A program made the translations under genes and the position numbers. From NCBI GenBank assembly GCA_963798845.1, contig CAWCUS010000001.1, positions 544,001-608,000 on the forward strand: a stretch of DNA of 64,000 nt, in the 5' to 3' direction. This stretch comes from an uncultured Gemmatimonadales bacterium. Its GTDB lineage: Bacteria; Gemmatimonadota; Gemmatimonadetes; Longimicrobiales; RSA9. Below the pieces are notes generated by a model that made no database searches, had not been told where the DNA came from, and worked only from the letters and a program-made list of their open reading frames with translations. This document shows positions 47,343-59,854 of this stretch, piece by piece; position 1 is the first letter of the stretch, and the number at the start of each line of letters is the position of its first letter.

Positions 47343-48383
47343 TCAGACCTTGAAGCGGATCGACAGGATGTCTCCGTCCGCCACGACGTACTCCTTGCCC
47401 TCCAGCTTGAGGTGCCCGGCTTCGCGGATGGCGTGCTCGGAGCCATGCTCCATGAAGATGTCGTACGGGGTCACCTCGGCGCGGATGAAGCCGCGCTCGA
47501 GGTCGGAGTGGATGCGTCCGGCCGCTTCCCTGGCCCGGGTCCCCCGGCGGATGGTCCACGCCCGGACTTCGTCCTCGCCGACCGTGAAGAAGGAGATGAG
47601 GTCCAGCAGGCCGTAGGCAGAGCGGATGAAGCGCCGCAGCGCCGGCTGGTCCAGGCCGAGGTCCTGTACGAACGCGCCCTGCTCCTCGGCGGGGAGCGAC
47701 GCGATCTCGGCTTCCAGCTCGGCGGAGATCACGAGCCCGGCGGCATGCAGCTCCTCGATCCGCGCGGCCAGCTGCGGCGGCATCGGCGCCGCGGCCCGGT
47801 CCTCGCCCACGTTGACGGCCACCAGGAGAGGACGCTCCGTGAGGAGTCCGAAGCCGCGCAGGACCTCCGGCCTCACCTCCTCCGGCGCGATGGACCGGAT
47901 CGGGCGGCCGTCCTCCAGCGCGACACGGATGCGCTCGAAAGCCGCCATTTCCAGCGGGTCCGCGCGCTCCTTCCGGCCGCGTTCCAGCCGCCGCTCCACG
48001 ATCTCCAGGTCGGCCAGCACGCACTCGGCGTGGAAGGCTTCCAGGTCCGACAGAGGGTCCGGCGACCCCTCGACGGCCGGGTTGATGAAGGCGCGCAGCA
48101 CCAGGCAGAGCGCGTCCTGGTCACGGATCTGCTGGAGGCCGCGCCGCGACAGCCCGGTCTTTTCCGCCCCGTGCTCGCCCGGGATGTCGCAGAACGTGAT
48201 CTCGGCGTAGGTGGTCTTGCGGGGCGAGAAGATCCGGCTGAGCGCGTCGATCCGCTCGTCCGGTACGTGCACCGTCCCGAGTCGCACCTCGCCCCCGTAA
48301 CCGACCGGGACGTCCAGCCCCGTCATCGTATTGAACACCGTGGTCTTGCCGGATCCGGCAAAGCCCACCAGCCCGATCTTCAT
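47343..48383 (-). CDS. YchF/DUF933-like Obg-family NTPase (divergent paralog)
   Basis: 'GLVGFAGSGKTT', 'VPDERID', TGS domain 'SFFTVGEDEVRAW...AAGRIHSDLERGFIRAE...LEGKEYVVADGD'. Confidence 0.88.
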   Translation of the reverse strand: MKIGLVGFAGSGKTTVFNTMTGLDVPVGYGGEVRLGTVHVPDERIDALSRIFSPRKTTYAEITFCDIPGEHGAEKTGLSRRGLQQIRDQDALCLVLRAFINPAVEGSPDPLSDLEAFHAECVLADLEIVERRLERGRKERADPLEMAAFERIRVALEDGRPIRSIAPEEVRPEVLRGFGLLTERPLLVAVNVGEDRAAAPMPPQLAARIEELHAAGLVISAELEAEIASLPAEEQGAFVQDLGLDQPALRRFIRSAYGLLDLISFFTVGEDEVRAWTIRRGTRAREAAGRIHSDLERGFIRAEVTPYDIFMEHGSEHAIREAGHLKLEGKEYVVADGDILSIRFKV

Positions 48384-48634
48384 TGCTCACCTCGCGATCT
48401 GTGATGATCTCCCAAATATGAGCGCGTCGAGACGGCTCCGCGAGCCGACACGGCCGGCCTTCACCGCGGAGCCACGGCTGGAGATTCGAAGTCCGGAGGA
48501 CGTGGAACAGCCGTAGCGGGGACGCACGCCCGGCGGGACGCAGGCTTCGCCGGCGGGGCGCGGCGCGGCCTGTCGGCGCGCGCGGGACGCGGGGGCTGGG
48601 CGCCCCCGCGGGCGCCAGCCCGCGTGCCGCGGCG

Positions 48635-49747
48635 TCAGCCGTGCGTCCCGGACCCGGGGCCGCTCCACTCCCGCCGCGTCCGCAGGAACTCCCCGACGCG
48701 CCTGGGCAACAGCAGGTCGTCGGCGATGGCCGCGACTTCCTCCGCATCCCGCCACTCGGCCGCCAGGCGCGCCAGCTCGCCTTCCAGCGCGCGCCGCTCC
48801 GACTCCTCCTGCGCCGCCATCTCGAGGCCGAGCCGGACGTTGGCAGGGAGGCGGAAGAGCGCGTGCTCGGGGAGCCTCATGGGTGCGCGGGCGTTCATCC
48901 ACGCGGAGCGTGGCGCGCGAGCGGCCTTCCGGAAGGCAGCGTCCACGCTGCCGCTGGACTCGACGAACCGTGCCGCTTCCTCCACCCGACGGCGCGAGGC
49001 GCCGGAGCGGTTGAGCGCGGGGAGGATCCTGCCCGCAGCTCGGATGGCCGCGTCGCCTTCCAGCCGGCTGACCGGGTCGTCGTCGAGGCGCGCCAGACCG
49101 CGCGCCCACCGCCGGACCCGCACGGGCGCGGACCCCGGCGCTGGCCGGTGCGGGAAGATCATCGCCCAGCCGTCGTCGCCGGTCCGCTCGACCCGCGCGT
49201 GCTGGGCGTGACGGTATGTCAGCCGCACGGGACCTTCGTCCGGTGTGTCGACGCGCGCCGATGTGCGGATCATGTTCCGGTACAGGTTGATCCAGTTCGC
49301 GCTCACGTTGACGACAGCGTAGGCCCCGCTCACCAGGACGCCGCCCATGGCGCCGCCCACCACGAGCGCACCGGCGGCCGCAGCCGCGCCGCCCACGACC
49401 AGCGCCCGCCTCCGGCGACGCAGCATCTCCCCGCCGTACCGCCAGGCGGCGTATTCGGGCCTGGTCGGCCTCCCGATCCGCACCACCTCCAGCCCCTCCG
49501 CGTGCCTCGCCAGGCCGATCTCCTCCGTGCTGAAGCGCCGCGGCGTGTCACGGTAGAGCCGCTCCAGCGACTCCAGCGCTTCCCACCGCTCCTCGATGGG
49601 CGAGAGGTTCCACTGGCGGCACCTCGGGCAGAGTGCCCAGAGCCGGCCCTTCCCGGGATCGAACGCCAGGCGGCGGCCGACGGGGAACTCTTCGATGACC
49701 CGGTTCTCGCCGAGTCGCGTGCTGCAGAAGATGCAGGTGGAGTACAC
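48635..49747 (-). CDS. Conserved hypothetical protein with N-terminal zinc ribbon (two CxxC)
   Basis: 'MYSTCIFC...FPVGRRLAFD...LWALCPRCRQWNL', a TM segment, C-terminal 'LEMAAQEESERRALEGEL...WRDAEEVAAIAD'. Confidence 0.75.
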   Translation of the reverse strand: MYSTCIFCSTRLGENRVIEEFPVGRRLAFDPGKGRLWALCPRCRQWNLSPIEERWEALESLERLYRDTPRRFSTEEIGLARHAEGLEVVRIGRPTRPEYAAWRYGGEMLRRRRRALVVGGAAAAAGALVVGGAMGGVLVSGAYAVVNVSANWINLYRNMIRTSARVDTPDEGPVRLTYRHAQHARVERTGDDGWAMIFPHRPAPGSAPVRVRRWARGLARLDDDPVSRLEGDAAIRAAGRILPALNRSGASRRRVEEAARFVESSGSVDAAFRKAARAPRSAWMNARAPMRLPEHALFRLPANVRLGLEMAAQEESERRALEGELARLAAEWRDAEEVAAIADDLLLPRRVGEFLRTRREWSGPGSGTHG

Positions 49748-49765
49748 GGGGCCGCGCGTCCCCCG

Positions 49766-52474
<2,709 letters not shown>

Positions 52475-52706
52475 GTCAGAGCTCAGTGTTCACATTCTCA
52501 ATGGATACGACGACGCCGGAGGTCCGGGAGCTCGGCGCGCCCGGCTCCGGCGTCCACCGTCAGACCCCATCAACTTGCGCACGGGGACCACAGTGATGCA
52601 AACGCGAGGCGAGGCAACCAGGATGGCGCGACGGTCGGACGCGCGCCCTTGCCGTGGCCGACCGCGGAGTCTACCCTCCTGCTCGGCCTCCTCTGACCCC
52701 GCATCC

Positions 52707-53891
52707 ATGCCTCACCAGGCGCCACACACCGCGACGCGCACCCGGTCCTTCACCGAGTCGGTGATCCGGGAAATGACACGGGTCGCGGCAATGCACGAGG
52801 CCATCAACCTCGCCCAGGGGTTCCCGGACTTCCCGGCGCCGGAAGCATTGAAGGCCGCCGCCTGCGACGCCATCCGCCGCGACGTCAACCAGTATGCGGT
52901 GACGTGGGGCTCCGCCCGGATCCGTCGGGCGCTCACGGAGGTGTACGGGCGCTGGTACGACATGGACGTGAACCCGGACCGCGAGATCACGGTCACCTGC
53001 GGCGCCACCGAGGCGATGGCGTCGGGGCTCATGGCGGTGGTGGACCCGGGCGACGAGGTGGTGGTGATCGAGCCGTTCTACGAGAACTACGGCCCCGACG
53101 CCATCCTGTGCGGCGCGCGACCGGTGTGGGTGCCGATGGAGCGATCGAACGGCCCGGAGGGCCTGCGCTTCGCCCTCGACCTGGACAGGCTACGCGAAGC
53201 CTTCAGCGACCACACGCGGGCCATCGTGTTGAACACCCCCAACAACCCGTCCGGGCACGTCTTCTCGCGGGCGGAGCTGGAAAGCGTGGCCGAGCTGTGC
53301 CAGCGCCACGACGCCATCGCGTTCACCGACGAGATCTACGAGCACATCCGCTACGACGCGCCCCATGTCCCGCTGGCGGCGCTGGACGGGATGCGGGAAC
53401 GGACCGTCACGATCAGTGGCGCGTCCAAGACGTTCAGCGTCACGGGCTGGCGAGTCGGGTGGATCGTGGCGCCGCCGGAGATCACGGACGCGATACGGAA
53501 AGTGCACGACTTCCTCACGGTGGGCGCGCCGGCGCCGCTCCAGGACGCCGTCGCCGCCGGTCTCGAGACCCTCCACGACGACTACTACCGCACCCTCGCC
53601 GACGACTATCGGCAGCGCCGCGATATCCTGTACCACGCCCTGATGAGCGCCGGCTTCGACTGCTCCCCGCCCGCCGGCGCGTACTACATCCTTGCCGGCT
53701 TCTCCCGCCTGAGCGACGAGGACGACGACACCTTCGCCCGCCGCATGGCCGCCGACGCAGGCGTGGCCGTGGTGCCGGGCTCCAGCTTCTTCCACGACCC
53801 CGTCGACGGTCGCGACCTGGTCCGCTTTGCGTTCTGCAAGAAGCCGGAGACGCTCGAGGAGGCGGGGAAGCGGTTGCGGGAATTGGCGTGA
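52707..53891 (+). CDS. Class I/II PLP-dependent aminotransferase
   Basis: 'INLAQGFPDF', 'NTPNNPSG', 'TDEIYE', 'SKTFSVTGWRVG', 'RFAFCK'. Confidence 0.94.
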   Translation: MPHQAPHTATRTRSFTESVIREMTRVAAMHEAINLAQGFPDFPAPEALKAAACDAIRRDVNQYAVTWGSARIRRALTEVYGRWYDMDVNPDREITVTCGATEAMASGLMAVVDPGDEVVVIEPFYENYGPDAILCGARPVWVPMERSNGPEGLRFALDLDRLREAFSDHTRAIVLNTPNNPSGHVFSRAELESVAELCQRHDAIAFTDEIYEHIRYDAPHVPLAALDGMRERTVTISGASKTFSVTGWRVGWIVAPPEITDAIRKVHDFLTVGAPAPLQDAVAAGLETLHDDYYRTLADDYRQRRDILYHALMSAGFDCSPPAGAYYILAGFSRLSDEDDDTFARRMAADAGVAVVPGSSFFHDPVDGRDLVRFAFCKKPETLEEAGKRLRELA

Positions 53892-53974
53892 GCGGCGGCG
53901 CGGGGATGGCGAACAGGACCCACTTCGGAGCGCTCGGGAGAAGGTTGATGAGGACTGCGGATCTCGGGTGTTCG

Positions 53975-55066
53975 ATGCGCCGCGCGCTGGCCGCCGCCGC
54001 CGCGGTGCTGCTGGCAGTGGCGCCGGCGTCGGCGCAACAGGCGGAGCCGACGGGCGGCCTTTCCCTCGAGGCGAGGCTCGACTCGGCCGCGTCGATGCTG
54101 CGAACGCACCGGGACACGAGCGGCGTGGCGGGACTGTCGGCGGCGATCGCGGTGGGCGGCCGCGTCGTCTGGACGGGCGGCTTCGGCTTCGCCGACCTGC
54201 AGAACCGGGTGGAAGCGGGGCCGGCCATGGTGTCGCGCATCGGGTCCATCTCGAAGCCGGTGGCGAGCGCCGCGGCCATGGCGCTCGTGGACCGGGGCGA
54301 GCTGGACCTGGACAGCCCGGTGTCGCGCTACCTGCCCGGATACCCGCGGCCGAACGGCGACCGGATCACCACCCGGCAGGTCATGAGCCACACGGCCGGC
54401 CTGCGGCACTACCGCGGCGACGAGTTCCTGAGCGGCACCCACTACGAGGACGTGTTCGCCCCGCTGGCGGTGTTCTGGGCGGACTCGCTCCTGTTCGAGC
54501 CGGGGACCGACTACAGCTACTCCACGTACGGCTACACGGTGGTGAGCGCCGTGACCGAAGCCGCGGACGGGCGCCGCACCTGGACCACCATCCTGCGCGA
54601 CGAGGTGACCGGCCCGCTGGGATTGACCACGCTCCAGCCCGAATGGGCGGACTCCGTGATCCCGGGACACGCCCGCTTCTACGAGCGAGCTCCGGACGGC
54701 GGCTGGATCAACGCGCCGGCCGTGGACCTGTCCAACAAGTGGGCGGGCGGCGGACTGGTCGGCACGGCTGCGGACCTGGCGAACTTCGCGCTGGGCGTGC
54801 TCCACGGGGACATCCTGTCGGACGCGGTGAGGAGCATGATGTGGACGCGCCAGACGCCGGAAGGCACCGCAGCGTACGGGCTGGGCTGGGGGATCGGGGA
54901 GATCGACGGCCACCGCGTTGTGTCCCACAGCGGCGGCTCCGTCGGCGCCACGGCCATGCTGCTCCTCTTCCCGGACGACGACGTGGCAGTCGCCATCCTG
55001 GGCAACACCGGCTCCATCTCCCACGCCGGCATCGCCGCCCGCGTCGCCCGCCTCTTCCTGGAGTGA
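53975..55066 (+). CDS. Serine hydrolase, beta-lactamase class C-like family
   Basis: Signal peptide; SxxK 'GSISK', 'SHTAG', 'FEPGTDYSYSTYGY', 'HSGG'; start uncertain (53907-53975). Confidence 0.9.
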   Translation: MRRALAAAAAVLLAVAPASAQQAEPTGGLSLEARLDSAASMLRTHRDTSGVAGLSAAIAVGGRVVWTGGFGFADLQNRVEAGPAMVSRIGSISKPVASAAAMALVDRGELDLDSPVSRYLPGYPRPNGDRITTRQVMSHTAGLRHYRGDEFLSGTHYEDVFAPLAVFWADSLLFEPGTDYSYSTYGYTVVSAVTEAADGRRTWTTILRDEVTGPLGLTTLQPEWADSVIPGHARFYERAPDGGWINAPAVDLSNKWAGGGLVGTAADLANFALGVLHGDILSDAVRSMMWTRQTPEGTAAYGLGWGIGEIDGHRVVSHSGGSVGATAMLLLFPDDDVAVAILGNTGSISHAGIAARVARLFLE

Positions 55067-55162
55067 TGCCCCGGCCCCTGCACGCCTTGCCGCTCAAAGG
55101 GCCGCACGGTACGATCCCCCTCGCACCCACAGAGTGCCAGAAATCGCTTCAGGAGCAGTGAT

Positions 55163-56137
55163 ATGAAACGCATCCTGGTGACGGGCGCGGCGGGCCAGAT
55201 CGGCACCGAGCTCGTACCGGCCCTGCTCGACCGATACCCGGGGGCGACGGTGGTCGCGACCGACATCCGCGAGCCCTCCGAGGCGTTGCCGGAAGGCGCG
55301 CGCTTCGCGGCGCTGGACTGCACGGATGCCGAGGCGTGCCAGCGGGTCGTGGCGGAGAACGGCATAGACACCGTGTACCACCTGGCGGCCATCCTGTCCG
55401 CGAAGGCGGAAGGGATGCCGGAGAAGGCGTGGGCGGTCAACATGAACGGGCTGGAGAACCTGCTGGAAGGGGCGCGCGGGGAAGGAGCGGCGCTGTTCGT
55501 GCCGAGCTCGATCGCCGCGTTCGGTCCGACCACCCCCTCCGACCCGACCCCGCAGGACACGATCCAGCGGCCGAACACCATGTATGGCGTGACGAAGGTC
55601 GCGGGCGAGCTGCTCTGCGACTACTACCACACGCGCTTCGGCGTGGACGCCCGGGGCGTCCGCTACCCGGGGCTCATCAGCTACATGGCGCCGCCGGGCG
55701 GAGGGACCACGGACTACGCCGTGGAGATCTTCCACGCCGCGCTGACGGAGGGGCGCTACACCTGCTACCTGTCGGCACACACGCAGCTGGACATGATGTA
55801 CATGCCGGATGCGCTGCGCGCGGCCATGGAGCTCATGGATGCCCCCGCGCACAAGCTGAAGCACCGCAACGCTTTCAACATCACGGCGATGCAGCTGACG
55901 CCGGCCACGCTGACGGAGGCCATCCGCGTCCACATTCCCGGCTTCGAGATCCGCTACGAGGTGGATCCGGTTCGCCAGCGGATCGCGGGCTCGTGGCCCC
56001 GCCACCTCGATGACGCGGCGGCCCGGCAGGAATGGGGTTGGGACGCGGAATACGACATGGCGTCGATGGTGGAGGACATGCTCACCCGACTGGCGGAGCG
56101 CCTGGGCCGGCAGAGCCCGGTGGCCGCCGAACGGTAG
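55163..56137 (+). CDS. tdh: L-threonine 3-dehydrogenase, SDR/epimerase type
   Basis: 'GAAGQIGTEL', 'HLAAILSA', 'PSSIAAFG', 'YGVTK', 'PGGGTTDYAV', 'MMYMPDA', 'RQ.IA.SWP'; adjacent to kbl. Confidence 0.88.
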   Translation: MKRILVTGAAGQIGTELVPALLDRYPGATVVATDIREPSEALPEGARFAALDCTDAEACQRVVAENGIDTVYHLAAILSAKAEGMPEKAWAVNMNGLENLLEGARGEGAALFVPSSIAAFGPTTPSDPTPQDTIQRPNTMYGVTKVAGELLCDYYHTRFGVDARGVRYPGLISYMAPPGGGTTDYAVEIFHAALTEGRYTCYLSAHTQLDMMYMPDALRAAMELMDAPAHKLKHRNAFNITAMQLTPATLTEAIRVHIPGFEIRYEVDPVRQRIAGSWPRHLDDAAARQEWGWDAEYDMASMVEDMLTRLAERLGRQSPVAAER

Positions 56138-56156
56138 AACCGGGGACCAGAGGAAC

Positions 56157-57380
56157 ATGCCGCTAGACAAGCTCGTACCCGTGCTGCGCGACCAGGTGGC
56201 GCAGCTCGAGGCGGAAGGTCGCGCGAAGGGGGCGGAAGCCGTGGTCACGCGGGTCCTCACGCCGGCGGGCGACCGTGGTCCCCGCTTCATGCTCCGGGGC
56301 CAGGGGGAGAAGCAGTTCATCCGGATGAACTCCAACTCCTACCTGGGCATGGGGCTGCGCCCCGAGGTGATCGATGCGGAGGAGCACGGCAGCCGCGAGC
56401 TCGGCGCCGGGCCGGGGGCGGTCCGCTTCATCAGCGGGACGTACCAGGCGCACACCGATCTCGAGCGGCGCCTGGCCGCGTTCCACGGCCGCGAGTCGGC
56501 CATGATCTTCAGCTCGGCGTACGCCACCATCATGGGGATCATCACGCCGCTGATCACGCCCGAGACGATCGTGGTCAGCGACGAGCTCAACCACAACTGC
56601 ATCATCAACGCGATGCGGCTGTCGCGTCCCCTGGACAAGGTGGTATACCCCCACCTCGACATGGACGCGCTGGAGCGCGCCTGCGCGGATGCGGCCGGGA
56701 AGGCCAAGCGGCTGCTCGTGGTCACGGACGGGATCTTCAGCATGCGCGGCGACAACGCGCCGCTCGATCGCATCATGGGCATCGTCCGAAAGCACGACGC
56801 CAAGTTCGAGGAGGGCGCGTTCGTGGTGGCCGACGACTCACACGGCGTGGGCGCGATCGGCGAGACGGGCCGGGGCACGGAGGAGCACACGGGCGCCCGC
56901 GTCGATCTCCTGGTCGGCACGCTCGGAAAGGCGTTCGGGGTGAACGGCGGGTACATCGTGGGGCCGGAGGCGGTGATCCGCTTCCTCCGCGAGACGTCGC
57001 CGTTCTACATCTACTCGAACCCGATCACGCCCGGCGAGGCGCGGGCGGCCGCCACGTCGCTCGAGATCCTGGACAGCCCGCTGGGCAAGCAGCTGCTGCA
57101 GAAGCTCCGCTCCCTCACCAAGCGCTTCGAGAGCGGTCTGGGGCGGCTGGGCCTCGAGACCATCCCCGGCGACCACCCCGTGGTCCCGCTCATGGTCCGC
57201 GACACCGCGCGCACCCGCAGGATCGTCCAGCATCTGTTCGAGAACGGCGTGCTCGCCACCGGTCTCGCCTACCCCGTGGTGCCGAAGGGGGACGAGGAGA
57301 TCCGGTTCCAGATCAACGCGGACCACACCGAGGCGGACATCGACCGTGTCCTGGAGGTGCTGGACGGCTTTGCCGGGTAG
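56157..57380 (+). CDS. kbl: 2-amino-3-ketobutyrate CoA ligase (glycine C-acetyltransferase)
   Basis: 'NSNSYLG', 'AVRFISGT', 'SDELNH', 'TDGIFSM.G', 'DDSH', 'TLGKAFG', 'YPVVPKG'. Confidence 0.88.
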   Translation: MPLDKLVPVLRDQVAQLEAEGRAKGAEAVVTRVLTPAGDRGPRFMLRGQGEKQFIRMNSNSYLGMGLRPEVIDAEEHGSRELGAGPGAVRFISGTYQAHTDLERRLAAFHGRESAMIFSSAYATIMGIITPLITPETIVVSDELNHNCIINAMRLSRPLDKVVYPHLDMDALERACADAAGKAKRLLVVTDGIFSMRGDNAPLDRIMGIVRKHDAKFEEGAFVVADDSHGVGAIGETGRGTEEHTGARVDLLVGTLGKAFGVNGGYIVGPEAVIRFLRETSPFYIYSNPITPGEARAAATSLEILDSPLGKQLLQKLRSLTKRFESGLGRLGLETIPGDHPVVPLMVRDTARTRRIVQHLFENGVLATGLAYPVVPKGDEEIRFQINADHTEADIDRVLEVLDGFAG

Positions 57381-57470
57381 CGCGCGCTGCGCCCGGGCGG
57401 GACGCAGCGCCCGCGGCAACGCACGGCGCGGACCGGCGACTCCGCTGCCTCGCCGCGAAGGGACGCCGCG

Positions 57471-58139
57471 GTGAAGGCGCGCACGAAGCGACAGGCGGGC
57501 TTCATCCTCGGTCTCTGCCTGTGGCTGGCCGTGATGTGGCTGTTCTGGTGGTCGCCGGTGATCTATCCGGTGAAGCTGTTCGTGGTGCTCCTCCACGAGG
57601 CCAGCCACGCGCTGATGGCGGTTGCCACGGGTGGAACCGTCCAGCGCATCGTGGTCACGCCGGGCCAGGGCGGCGTCTGCTACTGCCCGGGCGGCAGTCC
57701 GTTTCTCACCCTTTCGGCGGGCTATCTCGGCAGCCTCGGCTTCGGCGCCCTCATCCTCCTCCTGGGCAGGGCAAGGCGCCCGAAGCCGCAGGACTCCACT
57801 ACACTGATCGGCGTAGCAGTGCTGATCCTGACGGCGCTGTATGTCCGGAACGCTTTCGGGATCCTGTTCGGAGCGCTGTTCGGTGCGGCGGTCATCGCCA
57901 TGCGCGCGCTGGGAAGGACGGCGCACGTCCTGGCGCTGACGGCGCTCGGGCTCACGAGCTGCCTGTACGCGCTGCTCGACATCAAGAGCGACGTCCTGGA
58001 CCGCCCCTACCTCACGTCCGACGCATCCATGCTGGCCGACCTGACCGGGGTGCCGACCGTCGTCTGGGGCGTGCTCTGGATCGGCCTGGGGCTGATGGTG
58101 AGCTGGTGGCTCTTCCGGCGCACGCTCGAGCGCGCCTGA
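57471..58139 (+). CDS. Peptidase M50B-like membrane protein
   Basis: 'VLLHEASHA' HExxH, 'SAGYLG', 'SDA..LA'; multiple TM segments. Confidence 0.88.
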   Translation: MKARTKRQAGFILGLCLWLAVMWLFWWSPVIYPVKLFVVLLHEASHALMAVATGGTVQRIVVTPGQGGVCYCPGGSPFLTLSAGYLGSLGFGALILLLGRARRPKPQDSTTLIGVAVLILTALYVRNAFGILFGALFGAAVIAMRALGRTAHVLALTALGLTSCLYALLDIKSDVLDRPYLTSDASMLADLTGVPTVVWGVLWIGLGLMVSWWLFRRTLERA

Positions 58140-58164
58140 GCCAGGCAGGGCGGCGAACGTGAAC

Positions 58165-58196
58165 GAGGGGGCGCACCCACGTGGGTGCGCCCCCTC
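58165..58196. repeat. Perfect 32-bp palindrome between convergent genes (possible bidirectional terminator or REP)
   Basis: GAGGGGGCGCACCCAC|GTGGGTGCGCCCCCTC, no spacer. Confidence 0.85.
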
Positions 58197-58228
58197 ATCT
58201 CATCGGGTACCGGCCACTCGCCGGCGAG

Positions 58229-58762
58229 TTACCGCGGAACGCCGGCGCCGCCCGGGCCGCCGCCACCGCCGCGCGGGCCGCGGCGCGGCCGCTCGCCACG
58301 CCCGGGCCGGTCGGCCGGGCCGCGGCGCATGAAGGCGCGCATCTTCGTCACCTGGTCGGGGGTGAGCAGCGCTCGCGCCTCGGCCATCGCCGTCCGGTCG
58401 GTTTCCCGGATCTGGTCGCGTACCGGCTGGAGCGCCTGCATCCGCTCGCGCGCCTGCTGCCGCTCCTCGGCCGTCATGTCGGCGGGCGCCTTGTCGCCGA
58501 ACGCCTTCTTCATCTGCTCCCAGCGAGGGCCATTCTCCTTCTCGACCCGCGCCTGGATCGCGGTCAGCTTCGTCACCTGCTCAGCGGTGAGCGCGAGATC
58601 CTGGCCGTGGTCCAGCAGGACCTGGACCGGGTTCCGCTCCATCTGGGCCGGGCCGCGCATCCCGGCTCCCATCCCCGGACGCCCGGGGCCGCCCTGCGCC
58701 ATCGCCGGCGCGGCGACGAGGGCAAGGGCCATGAACGCGCCCATGACGGTTCGCTTCTGCAT
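58229..58762 (-). CDS. Spy/CpxP-like periplasmic protein
   Basis: GGAGG RBS; signal peptide; LTxxQ motifs 'LTAEQ', 'MTAEE', 'LTPDQ'. Confidence 0.75.
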   Translation of the reverse strand: MQKRTVMGAFMALALVAAPAMAQGGPGRPGMGAGMRGPAQMERNPVQVLLDHGQDLALTAEQVTKLTAIQARVEKENGPRWEQMKKAFGDKAPADMTAEERQQARERMQALQPVRDQIRETDRTAMAEARALLTPDQVTKMRAFMRRGPADRPGRGERPRRGPRGGGGGPGGAGVPR

Positions 58763-58848
58763 CTGCCTCCTCCATGCCGTTGATCGAATCGGCCCCGCCG
58801 TGGGGCTCCGGAGGTATGGACGACGCGGCGGCCGCGGATGTTAAGCGG

Positions 58849-59805
58849 TCAGGGGTGGAGCGCCGTGCTGGCGGCGGCGAGGGCGGGCTTGCCAAGGGGT
58901 GCGCCGGCCAGCGGGTCGGCCGTGTCGCCGAGCACGTAACGGCCGTCCACCTCCCGGATGTCAGGAAGGCGGTGCGCGCGCTCGAACGCCAGGTAGCCGG
59001 CCTGGAGGCTTTGCCAGAAGGGATAGTCGACGTACCGGCGGGTGTAGGTCCGGGCGAGCCAGAGCATGCCGCGGTCATCCAGGCGAGTCGGGAAAACGTG
59101 GACGGGGATTCGGCGCTGTCCGGCGTCGCGCGCTTCGAGGGCGATGACGTAGAGCTCCTGGATCCACTCGTCGCCCACGGCGATGCACCCGATGCTCGCG
59201 CAGCCGCCGTGAATGTAGATGTCCCCGCCCAGCTCCCGCCCGCGACCACGGGCGCGATCCACGGCGTTCGGATAGCTGACCCGCATGGACAGGAGGAAAC
59301 GGCTCACCGGGTTGAAGAGGTCCAGCGTGTAGAAGCCTTCCGGAACCTGCAGGTCCCCGCGCTGCCGCTTCGGCCCGGGTCTGCCGGAAATCCTGCATAT
59401 CGGGTATCGCTTCAGCAGGACGAAGGCATCGCTCCTCTCCCCGCGCGCCCAGACCTCCAGGACCCGCTCACGCTTGAACACCCGGAAGAAGACCGCCGCC
59501 GGACGCGTGACGCCGGCCGCCGTGAACAGGCTTCGCACCGCGCCTCGCTTCGCCGCGTAGGCCCGGCGCACACGCGGGAATGCGAGCTCCTTCGAGGAGA
59601 CGGTGTGGCTCGCCACGGGCGTTCGCGCCTTCGCAGCGGACAGGACCGGCCCGGCCAGCACGCGTGCCGCCGTCGCCTCCGGCGAGGCGAGAACCTCGGC
59701 GGCGGCGCGCGGAGACAGGAGCGGCTCCTGAGCACAGAGATGGGCGGCGGCCAGGGAGGCCGCCGCGGCCACTACGGTGATACGGAGTCGTACAGGGGCG
59801 ACCAT
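58849..59805 (-). CDS. YkuD-family (YafK/LdtF/DpaA-like) peptidoglycan enzyme
   Basis: 'RVFKRERVLEVW', 'GPKRQRGDLQVPEGFY', 'SYPN', 'IYIHGGCASIGC', 'VHVFP'. Confidence 0.88.
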   Translation of the reverse strand: MVAPVRLRITVVAAAASLAAAHLCAQEPLLSPRAAAEVLASPEATAARVLAGPVLSAAKARTPVASHTVSSKELAFPRVRRAYAAKRGAVRSLFTAAGVTRPAAVFFRVFKRERVLEVWARGERSDAFVLLKRYPICRISGRPGPKRQRGDLQVPEGFYTLDLFNPVSRFLLSMRVSYPNAVDRARGRGRELGGDIYIHGGCASIGCIAVGDEWIQELYVIALEARDAGQRRIPVHVFPTRLDDRGMLWLARTYTRRYVDYPFWQSLQAGYLAFERAHRLPDIREVDGRYVLGDTADPLAGAPLGKPALAAASTALHP

Positions 59806-59854
59806 CGCCTGTCTGTTCTGGTTGTATCGGCTTTTCGACCGGGGATGTTCAACC

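Noticed and set aside
53975..55066. Bona fide beta-lactam resistance gene
   Set aside because: SxxK/YST/HSG motifs fit the broad serine hydrolase/peptidase family; nothing specifically indicates AmpC activity.
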